Shown: positions 11,153 through 18,889 of the stretch, piece by piece | Layout of the letters: every line of letters begins with the position of its first letter | Numbering within the stretch: position 1 is the first letter of the stretch | NCBI GenBank assembly: GCA_963753345.1 | Contig: CAVWBU010000031.1 | Coordinates: 32,001 to 96,000, forward strand | DNA: 64,000 nucleotides | Reading direction: 5' to 3' | Source of the DNA: an uncultured Fibrobacterota bacterium | Lineage (GTDB): Bacteria; Fibrobacterota; Chitinivibrionia; Chitinivibrionales; FEN-1185 | Notes under the pieces: model-generated | What the model was told of the DNA's origin: nothing | What the model saw: only the letters and a program-made list of their open reading frames with translations | Databases searched by the model: none | Translations under genes and position numbers: made by a program

Positions 11153-12010
11153 ATGAAAATTACCTTCCTCGGCACCGGCACCTCGCACGGCGTGCCGTCC
11201 ATCGATTGCATGCTCCAGGGGTTCCGGTCGTGCCCGAAGGACGTGTGCAGGCGTTCCTTGACCGACGCGAAACACGCCCGCACCCGCTCGTCCATTCTTG
11301 CCGAGTACAACGGGAAGCGCGTGCTGGTCGATGTCTCCCCGGATTTCAGGCAGCAGGCGCTCCGGGAGAAAATTCCCGGCATCGACGCCGTGCTGATCAC
11401 GCACTGCCACGCCGACCATATCGGCGGCGTGCCGGATATTCGCTCCTACACGGCCCGGCGTCCGGAACCGCTCGAGTTCTACGGCTCGGAGGAGAGCATG
11501 GCCGCCATCCGCGCGTTTTTCCCCTATATATTCGACCCGGACGCGTTTTTCGGCGGCGGCATTCCGAAGATCGCGACAAAGGCCGTGACCGGAGCATTCG
11601 GCCTATTCGGAGCAACCGTGACGCCGGTCCCGGTGGAGCATGGCCGCCTGCGCGGCTGCCTGGGCTACCGCATTGACAACATGGCATACATCCCGGACGT
11701 CAAGGCGCTTCCGCGGGAGTCGCGGCCGTCCCTTGCGGGCCTGGACACGCTGGTGCTCAACTGCCTGCGGGAGACGCGGGACCATGCGAGCCACCTGGTG
11801 CTGGCCCAGAGCGTGGCGCTCGCCCGCGAACTCGCGCCGCGGCAATGCTATTTTATCCATATGAGCCACGATATCGACTATGAGACCGACGGAGCCAAGC
11901 TTGATAAGTGGATGGAATTTGCACCGGCACCTCGCACGGCGTGCCGTCCATCGATTGCATGCTCCAGGGGTTCCGGTCGTGCCCGAAGGACGTGTGCAGG
12001 CGTTCCTTGA
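11153..12010 (+). CDS. MBL-fold metallo-hydrolase (PhnP/YycJ-like), copy 1; native C terminus replaced by a frameshifted tail at the duplication junction
   Basis: LGTGTSHGVP, THCHADH zinc motif, HMSH. Confidence 0.85.
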   Translation: MKITFLGTGTSHGVPSIDCMLQGFRSCPKDVCRRSLTDAKHARTRSSILAEYNGKRVLVDVSPDFRQQALREKIPGIDAVLITHCHADHIGGVPDIRSYTARRPEPLEFYGSEESMAAIRAFFPYIFDPDAFFGGGIPKIATKAVTGAFGLFGATVTPVPVEHGRLRGCLGYRIDNMAYIPDVKALPRESRPSLAGLDTLVLNCLRETRDHASHLVLAQSVALARELAPRQCYFIHMSHDIDYETDGAKLDKWMEFAPAPRTACRPSIACSRGSGRARRTCAGVP

Positions 12011-12671
12011 CCGACGCGAAACACGCCCGCACCCGCTCGTCCATTCTTGCCGAGTACAACGGGAAGCGCGTGCTGGTCGATGTCTCCCCGGATTTTAGGC
12101 AGCAGGCGCTCCGGGAGAAAATTCCCGGCATCGACGCCGTGCTGATCACGCACTGCCACGCCGACCATATCGGCGGCGTGCCGGATATTCGCTCCTACAC
12201 GGCCCGGCGTCCGGAACCGCTCGAGTTCTACGGCTCGGAGGAGAGCATGGCCGCCATCCGCGCGTTTTTCCCCTATATATTCGACCCGGACGCGTTTTTC
12301 GGCGGCGGCATTCCGAAGATCGCGACAAAGGCCGTGACCGGAGCATTCGGCCTATTCGGAGCAACCGTGACGCCGGTCCCGGTGGAGCATGGCCGCCTGC
12401 GCGGCTGCCTGGGCTACCGCATTGACAACATGGCATACATCCCGGACGTCAAGGCGCTTCCGCGGGAGTCGCGGCCGTCCCTTGCGGGCCTGGACACGCT
12501 GGTGCTCAACTGCCTGCGGGAGACGCGGGACCATGCGAGCCACCTGGTGCTGGCCCAGAGCGTGGCGCTCGCCCGCGAACTCGCGCCGCGGCAATGCTAT
12601 TTTATCCATATGAGCCACGATATCGACTATGAGACCGACGGAGCCAAGCTTGATAAGTGGATGGAATTTGC
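11172..12671 (+). repeat. 749-bp direct tandem duplication (11172-11922 / 11921-12671)
   Basis: Copies identical by eye except C at 11347 vs T at 12096; GC microhomology at the junction. Confidence 0.95.
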
Positions 12672-12699
12672 GTATGATGGGTTGAAAATAAATATCTAG
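11908..12699 (+). CDS. MBL-fold metallo-hydrolase, copy 2, lacking the native first ~7 residues
   Basis: Identical to copy 1 from TGTSHG onward; carries the native end AYDGLKINI. Confidence 0.6.
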   Translation: MDGICTGTSHGVPSIDCMLQGFRSCPKDVCRRSLTDAKHARTRSSILAEYNGKRVLVDVSPDFRQQALREKIPGIDAVLITHCHADHIGGVPDIRSYTARRPEPLEFYGSEESMAAIRAFFPYIFDPDAFFGGGIPKIATKAVTGAFGLFGATVTPVPVEHGRLRGCLGYRIDNMAYIPDVKALPRESRPSLAGLDTLVLNCLRETRDHASHLVLAQSVALARELAPRQCYFIHMSHDIDYETDGAKLDKWMEFAYDGLKINI

Positions 12700-12711
12700 A
12701 AGAGTTTACAA

Positions 12712-13152
12712 GTGGGGGAAGTTTCCCCCTCGCTCCGGCCCTGCGGTCCTCCGCTACCCCCTCCTGGGTGCACCCCAAGTGGACGCGGCTGCAGAACCTG
12801 ACACATGTGCGGGGGCACCCACGAAAAGCTGTTGAAAAGTTGGACCGTTGAATAATTAAAAAAGTTGAGTGGTTGAAGAGCTGAGAATTCAAAATATAAA
12901 ATTGGCTGATTTGTTTGGGTCACCAATTGGCGCGAGAAGAAGCAATTGACTTAATAGATTCCCTCTGCCGCGCGCCAGGCCGGACTGGAAGGTGCGCTAT
13001 AGCGCATTGCCGGCTGACCGCGGCTCGAAGAGCCTTTGCGGCAGGCGGCAACGAGGCCGAAGGGCCGAGCCTGGAAGGAGGGCCGACGCTGCGAAGCAGC
13101 GGGGCGCCCAAGTGTTTATTTTGGTTTATTGACGAAGGCGGGGGAACGCCCA
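12712..13152 (+). repeat. Composite element: module A + heptamer run + module C (~12960-13110) + second C tail (13134-13152)
   Basis: GTGGGGGAAGTTTCCCCCTCGC start; GGGGCGCCCA end, followed by GAAGGCGGGGGAACGCCCA. Confidence 0.9.
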
Positions 13153-13187
13153 TATTCTTTACTAAGTGTTATGGAGGCTGGATAAGC

Positions 13188-13880
13188 ATGGAAAAGTACA
13201 AGCAGGAATTCATCGAATTCATGGTGCGTTCGAAGGCGTTGACTTTCGGGAGCTTCGTCACCAAGAGCGGCCGCACCACGCCGTACTTTGTCAACACGGG
13301 GAACTACACCACCGGCGGGCAGATGGCCAGGCTCGGCGAGTTCTACGCCGAGGCGATCCGCTCCAAGATCGGGGACGATTTCAACGTTCTGTTCGGTCCG
13401 GCGTACAAGGGGATCCCGCTCGCCGTGACCGCCGCGGCCGCACTGTACCGCCTGCACGGATTCGACGTTCCGGTCTGCTACAACCGGAAGGAGGCCAAGG
13501 ACCACGGCGAGGGGGGAAGCATTATCGGCCACCGGCCCGCCGCGGGCGACCGGGTGGTGATCGTCGACGACGTGATAACCGCCGGCACTTCGGTGAGGGA
13601 GTCCGCGGCGCTCCTTACGGCCGTGCCGGGCGTGGTGCTCCGCGGCCTGGCGGTGTCTGTTGACAGAATGGAAAAAGGCCCGTCCGGCGCAAGCGCGCTT
13701 TTTGAGGCGTCCCGCGCCTACGGCATGGACGCGATCGCCGTTGTTTCCATCGAGGACATTGTGTCGCACCTGCACGGCCGGACCGTTGATGGAACAGTGG
13801 TGATCGACGATGCCATGAAAGCGAAGATAGACGCTTACCGCGCCGAGTACGGCGCGGGGAAAAGAAAGTTGAGAAGTTGA
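13188..13880 (+). CDS. pyrE: Orotate phosphoribosyltransferase
   Basis: KSGRTTPYF, FGPAYKGIP, RKEAKDHGEGG, VVIVDDVITAGTS. Confidence 0.97.
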   Translation: MEKYKQEFIEFMVRSKALTFGSFVTKSGRTTPYFVNTGNYTTGGQMARLGEFYAEAIRSKIGDDFNVLFGPAYKGIPLAVTAAAALYRLHGFDVPVCYNRKEAKDHGEGGSIIGHRPAAGDRVVIVDDVITAGTSVRESAALLTAVPGVVLRGLAVSVDRMEKGPSGASALFEASRAYGMDAIAVVSIEDIVSHLHGRTVDGTVVIDDAMKAKIDAYRAEYGAGKRKLRS

Positions 13881-14040
13881 GTGGTTGAGGAGTTGAGAAG
13901 AAAATCAAGAATAAAAATATGGCCTATGAACCCATGAACCCTCTAATTCATCCACCCATGAACGCATTTACGCATCCACGCACCAACGCCCTAACGCACC
14001 CACGCATCCACGCATCCACGCATTCTCGCATCCAGGCACT
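13865..14040 (+). repeat. AGTTGAG heptamer run (13865-~13900) followed by an ACGCATCC-type octamer run (~13955-14040)
   Basis: Directly visible degenerate tandem units; the octamer run abuts the next ATG. Confidence 0.85.
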
Positions 14041-14622
14041 ATGAAGCGCGTCAACGAAAACCCACCGGCGAGGTTCCCTGAAAGGCCGATAGGCCAGGCC
14101 GGGGCGCCGTGGTGGATCGCAAAGGTGAGGCCGCGCCAGGAAAAAGCGCTCGCGTTCGATCTTGTCCGCAACAACATCGAATACTACCTGCCGATGGTCG
14201 TGCACGTCACGCGGCGCAGGGACAATAACAAACCGCGAAAGTCGGTGCTGCCGCTGTTTCCGGGGTACATCAGTTTTTGCGGCGGCGATCCCGAAGCCAG
14301 GGGCATTTACAGGACCGGAAGGGTCGTTTCCGTTATTCCCATAAAGTACCAGGAACGGTTCGTGCGCGAGCTTACCCAGGTCTATCAGGCGATTGAAACG
14401 GGCGTGGCCCTCGATCCGGTCGCCGCGCAGTATTCTCCCGGCGCCAGGGTCGCTGTTGTGACCGGGCCGCTTCGCGGTCTAACGGGCGTTATTGCAAGGA
14501 TCCAGGACGCAGACCGGCTCGTGCTTTCGGTGACAGGACTTGGCCACGCGTCCATGGTGATAGACGCCGCAATGGTAAAGCCCGTGGATGATCCGCACAA
14601 GCACCAAACCGAAATTCCCTGA
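14041..14622 (+). CDS. NusG-family specialised antiterminator (UpxY/RfaH/LoaP-like)
   Basis: WWIAKVRPRQEK, PLFPGYI NGN motif, C-terminal KOW VAVVTGPLRGLTGVI; upstream of polysaccharide genes. Confidence 0.85.
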   Translation: MKRVNENPPARFPERPIGQAGAPWWIAKVRPRQEKALAFDLVRNNIEYYLPMVVHVTRRRDNNKPRKSVLPLFPGYISFCGGDPEARGIYRTGRVVSVIPIKYQERFVRELTQVYQAIETGVALDPVAAQYSPGARVAVVTGPLRGLTGVIARIQDADRLVLSVTGLGHASMVIDAAMVKPVDDPHKHQTEIP

Positions 14623-14663
14623 CGCAAGGCACTGATTTTACGATTGAATCCCACAGCGAGTGC

Positions 14664-14756
14664 ATTCCCTGGAGCTTGCTCCGGGGTTAGCGAGCGACTA
14701 TAAGTATGTTTTCTTTCCATAGGGATGGAAGATTCCCCGCAGCTTGCTGCGGGGTT
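14664..14756. repeat. Doublet of 25-nt palindromic units ATTCCCNGNAGCTTGCTNCGGGGTT (14664-14688, 14732-14756)
   Basis: Two direct copies 68 nt apart, each a hairpin. Confidence 0.75.
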
Positions 14757-14898
14757 CTTCAAAAGAGACTGGATCGAATGTATTATTTTATATTGGTTGC
14801 GGTAACAGGTTGAGACAAAATGCGGTGATACCGATCTTTGGAAGCGGGCTTTTTTCAAAGTACCGCCGACGGGGGTGAGGTGTACCTGGAGAAATAAT

Positions 14899-15357
14899 AG
14901 TTGAGGAGTTGAGAGGTTGAGAAGTTGAGCAGTTGAAAAAAGAAGTTGAAACGTTGCTGGTTAGAGAAGGTTGTTCATGTGGGGGAAGTATCCCCCTCGC
15001 TTCAGCCCAGCCTTCGGCCGGTCTTCCGCTACCCCCTCTTGGGTGGCCCCCAAGTAAGTTGATTTGCGAGAAAGATGCATCGGTTAGGGGGCACCCATGG
15101 AGAGTAGTGGTATATAAAGAAGTTGAAAAGTTGAGAACCCCAAAAAACCTTGACTGATTTACTGCAGATGCCGGCTGGCGCGAGAAAAAGTAATTCACGG
15201 AATATGATCCTTCTACCGCGCGCCAGGCCGGACTGGAGGTCCCGCCAGAGCGGGATGCCGCCCGGACCCGGCCCTGTGGGCCATAGGGCCGTGGCGGCCC
15301 GAGGCCGGAGGCCGAGACCGGAAGGAGGGCCGCCGCCGCAAAGCGGCGGGGCGCCCA
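14899..15357 (+). repeat. Heptamer run (14899-~14955) + module A (14979-~15100) + module C (~15210-15357)
   Basis: GTGGGGGAAGTATCCCCCTCGC; ends GGGGCGCCCA. Confidence 0.9.
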
Positions 15358-15402
15358 AGTATTATTGATGTTTGTCTAAAATCTTTATCTTTGGATAACC
15401 CC

Positions 15403-16104
15403 ATGATCCTCTCTATTATTATCCCCTGCTACAACGAGAAGGGAACCATCCTCGCGCTGCTTGACAGAGTGCTTAAGGCGCCGCTGCCCGCCGGGGTTGA
15501 CCGCGAGGTGGTCGTGGTGGACGACTTCTCGGTCGACGGCACGCGCGACGCGCTCGCGGCAGTTTCGGACACGCGCGTGCGCGTCCTTTTGCACGACAGA
15601 AACCGCGGCAAGGGCGCCGCGCTGCGCACCGGATTCGCCGCTGCCACGGGCGGCATCGTGGTGGTGCAGGACGCGGACCTCGAGTACAACCCGGAGGAGT
15701 ACGCCAAACTGCTCAAGCCGATTCTGGACGGCAGGGCCGACGTCGTGTACGGCTCGCGGTTCATAACCACCGGCGAGCGCCGCGTGCTGTATTACTTCCA
15801 CTACATGGGAAACAGGTTTCTCACCTTTGCCTCCAACGTCTTCACGAACATGAACCTGAGCGACATGGAGACCTGCTACAAAATGTTCCGGAAGGAGATA
15901 CTTGACAAAATCCGCATCCGTGAAAACCGTTTCGGGTTCGAGCCGGAGATAACGGCCAAAATCGCGAAGCTCAAGTGCCGCGTGTACGAGGTGGGAATTT
16001 CATATTCCGGCCGCACCTATGAGGAGGGCAAGAAGATAGGGTTCCGGGACGGGCTGCGCGCGCTGTGGTGCATTGTGAAGTACAATGTGATTTCTCGGAA
16101 GTAA
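15403..16104 (+). CDS. Glycosyltransferase family 2 (DPM1-like)
   Basis: SIIIPCYNE, VVDDFSVDGT, NRGKG, QDADLEY, DMETCYK. Confidence 0.92.
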   Translation: MILSIIIPCYNEKGTILALLDRVLKAPLPAGVDREVVVVDDFSVDGTRDALAAVSDTRVRVLLHDRNRGKGAALRTGFAAATGGIVVVQDADLEYNPEEYAKLLKPILDGRADVVYGSRFITTGERRVLYYFHYMGNRFLTFASNVFTNMNLSDMETCYKMFRKEILDKIRIRENRFGFEPEITAKIAKLKCRVYEVGISYSGRTYEEGKKIGFRDGLRALWCIVKYNVISRK

Positions 16105-16127
16105 ATAGTATGATGCTTTTCCTTGCA

Positions 16128-16573
16128 CCGACAAAGCTCAACAGTTCTCGGGGGCTTCACCCCCGAACCCCGACCAAGGGGTGGTCAGCAGCAACCACCC
16201 CTTGGAACCCCATGCCGCGCCTGCAGCGCCGCCTGGTCCCTCGGCCTTCGGGCCGCTCGTGAACTCACCCGGCAGGACAAACCTAAAGCTTGATCAAATA
16301 TGCCGGGCTCGGACAGCACGAGCGGCCAATCCTTCGACCTCAGGGGCGTCGCTGATGGCGGCAGATACAAACAATGCAGCTCAAATTCGCGCAAGCGGTT
16401 TTCTACACTTTGGCGATGTTCTTCTGCCCAGCGTTAGGTGGACCGGAGTGGTCCCGCCGTAGCGGGATTGCCGGCCGACCCCTCCCCGAAGGGGACTCGG
16501 GGCGGTCCGGCAACGAGGCCGAACGGCCGAGCCCGTAGGGAGACCGACCCGGCCGGAGGCCGGGGAACGCCCA
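16128..16573 (+). repeat. Composite element: module D + module C (~16421-16573)
   Basis: Similar to 8910-9419. Confidence 0.85.
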
Positions 16574-16592
16574 CTCCATCTTGTAGATCATA

Positions 16593-17240
16593 ATGAAAAC
16601 GAAAATCCGTATAACGTTGGGAATCCTTCTCCTGATTTGCATTACGCTGCTGGTACTAGCCTATCGACACCTCGGCATGTGGCTCGTGGCGTCGGACCCG
16701 CTGCCGCCGTCGCTCGACGCGTACTTTACCTTTGCAAGCGACAACGAGCGCATCATCTACTCCAAGCACCTTTACAAAAGATACCCCGCCGCGCTGTGGG
16801 TGCTGAGCTACCCGCGGAAACGGATACTCGTTCCGCTCCGCAAGGCGGGCCTCGACACGTCGAGGATCGTCGTGATAGACACCTGCGCCAACACATCGTC
16901 GGAGGTGGCCTGCATCGTGAACTGGGCCAACAGCGCGCTGCGCGACAGCGCCTCGGCCCCGGCGCGCAAGCTTGCGGCGAAAACCAAATTTTCTCCCGGG
17001 AGCACGCTCAGGATAGGTCTGGTGAGTTCGCCCTACCACATGCGCCGCATCAAAGTGCTCTTTTCGGGCAGGCGACCGGACACAAGGGCCGAGTTCCTGT
17101 TTCTGCCCGTTCCGTTCTGGCTATGCGGCATGAAGAAGAGCGATTACGAAACGTGGTGGAAAAACAAGGCGCTCGCGCCCGTGGTGTGGGTGGAGGTTGA
17201 GAAGATTGCGTATCTTTTGTGGTGCGGGCTATGGGGGTAA
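16593..17240 (+). CDS. YdcF/DUF218-like membrane-anchored protein
   Basis: N-terminal TM, NTxxE motif, LVSSPYHMRR. Confidence 0.65.
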   Translation: MKTKIRITLGILLLICITLLVLAYRHLGMWLVASDPLPPSLDAYFTFASDNERIIYSKHLYKRYPAALWVLSYPRKRILVPLRKAGLDTSRIVVIDTCANTSSEVACIVNWANSALRDSASAPARKLAAKTKFSPGSTLRIGLVSSPYHMRRIKVLFSGRRPDTRAEFLFLPVPFWLCGMKKSDYETWWKNKALAPVVWVEVEKIAYLLWCGLWG

Positions 17241-17261
17241 GATTTCTAATAATATATGAAT

Positions 17262-17711
17262 CTGGGCGCCCCGCCGCTTCACAAGATAGAAGAGTTTCTT
17301 GTGGGGGAAGTATCCCCCTCGCTCCGGCCGCCTTTGGCGTCCTGCGCTACCCCCTCTTGGGTGACCCCCTTGACGGAGCGGTTGTTGAACCACACACTTG
17401 TGTGGGGGCACCCACGGAGAATAGTTGAGAGGTTGAGAAGTTGAGGGGGTTGAGAAGGCACGGAAAAAATACTGATTGATGTTTAGAGTATTCCGATTGG
17501 CGAGAATAAATAGTTGACTTATAGTATTTCTTCTACCGCGCGTTAGGGGCGACTGGAAAAATGGTCCCGCTTGAGGCGGGATGCCGCCCGGACTCTTAAT
17601 TGTAGATTTTAGATTGATGATTGCAGATTGATAAAAAGACCCGATTGCTTTCTTTGTTTTGCAATCTACATTCTACAATCTGCATTCTACAATTAAGTGG
17701 GGGAACGCCCA
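17262..17711 (+). repeat. Inverted C-tail stub (17262-17280) + module A (17301-~17416) + heptamer run + module C interrupted by an inverted-heptamer insert (17595-17697)
   Basis: C 5' half 17530-17594 matches 9266-9327; C tail GGGGGAACGCCCA at 17699-17711. Confidence 0.85.
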
Positions 17712-17749
17712 ATTTTCTTGTCTTTAACAAGAATTGGAGAAAACCAAAA

Positions 17750-18523
17750 ATGCCCAAGATTTTGAAAAGAAACAGATGTTATGGCTGGAAACCGGATTTT
17801 CCCGACCATCGCGACGTGAAATTCTCCCTTGTGTACCGCGTGCCGGCGAAGCTGCCCGCAAAAACAGACCTGCGCGCAATCTGCCCGCCGGTGGAAGACC
17901 AGGGACAGCTCGGCAGCTGCACGGCCCACGCGCTCACCGGCGCGCTGGAGACGCTCGAAAACAAGGACAGATTACCGCTTGTCCAGATGAGCAGGCTCTT
18001 TGTCTACTACAACGAGCGAAGCCTGGAGCATACCGTTTCGCAGGACGCGGGCGCCATGATCCGCGACGGCATCAAGACCCTTGCGAAACAGGGCTGCTGC
18101 GCGGAAAGCAAGTGGCCCTATGTTATATCGAAATTCGCGTCCAAGCCAGGGGCGGCCTGCTTCAAGGACGGCCTGGAACACCAGATCACGTCGTACCAGC
18201 GCATAGCCACCGTTGACCAGATGCGTGCGTGCCTCGCCGCGGGCTTTCCCTTTGTGTTCGGGTTCACCGTGTACGAGTCGTTCGAATCGCAGGCCGTGGC
18301 GAAAACCGGCACGGTGAACATGCCCAAGAAGACCGAGGCTACGCTCGGCGGCCACGCCGTGCTCGCCGTGGGCTACGACGACAAGGCAAAGCGCTTTACG
18401 GTGAGGAATTCCTGGGGACCGGGGTGGGGAATCAAGGGGTATTTCACTATTCCTTATGCTTACCTTGCGAGTCGGGACCTGGCAGATGATTTCTGGACGA
18501 TAAGAAGAGGAGAGAGAATATAA
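17750..18523 (+). CDS. Papain-like (C1A) cysteine peptidase
   Basis: DQGQLGSCTA (catalytic Cys), GGHAV (His), VRNSWG (Asn). Confidence 0.93.
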   Translation: MPKILKRNRCYGWKPDFPDHRDVKFSLVYRVPAKLPAKTDLRAICPPVEDQGQLGSCTAHALTGALETLENKDRLPLVQMSRLFVYYNERSLEHTVSQDAGAMIRDGIKTLAKQGCCAESKWPYVISKFASKPGAACFKDGLEHQITSYQRIATVDQMRACLAAGFPFVFGFTVYESFESQAVAKTGTVNMPKKTEATLGGHAVLAVGYDDKAKRFTVRNSWGPGWGIKGYFTIPYAYLASRDLADDFWTIRRGERI

Positions 18524-18545
18524 AATTGATAGAAAGTAGATTTGG

Positions 18546-18850
18546 TGGGGGAAGTATCCCCCTCGCTTCAGCCCTCGCTTTTGCTCGGTCTTCCGGCGCT
18601 TTCCGCCCTTGCTGTTGGGCGGGCGCTCCCCCTCCCGGGTGGCCGCCTTGACAATGCAGCTGCAAGACCATACATTGTTGTGGCGGCACCCACGAGGAGC
18701 AGCTGAAAAGTTGAATAGTTGAAAATGAAAAAGTTGAGGAGTTGAGAAGACAAGAGTTGAAGAGTTGAATAGTTTAATAGTTGAAGAGCAAAAAGGTTTA
18801 GAAGTTGAGCAGTTGAGAAGTTGAGAAGAGAAAAAGTTGAAAAGTTCAAG
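18546..18850 (+). repeat. Module A (18546-~18700) + long AGTTGA(A/G) heptamer array (~18700-18850)
   Basis: GTGGGGGAAGTATCCCCCTCGC...GGCGGCACCCACG, then ~20 degenerate heptamers. Confidence 0.9.
18648..18676 (+). promoter_or_regulatory. Sigma70-like promoter inside module A
   Basis: TTGACA-N17-TACATT; related spacing in other A copies. Confidence 0.45.
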
Positions 18851-18889
18851 AAGAAGCCATAACTGATTTACGGAGACCGGTGAAATAAA

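Noticed and set aside
14795-14835. GCGGTAAC / GCGGTGAT as ops/JUMPstart sites
   Set aside because: Only partial matches to GGCGGTAG; not supportable
18700-18850. Heptamer/octamer arrays as CRISPR arrays
   Set aside because: Period is 7-8 nt with no unique spacers, and no cas genes are present
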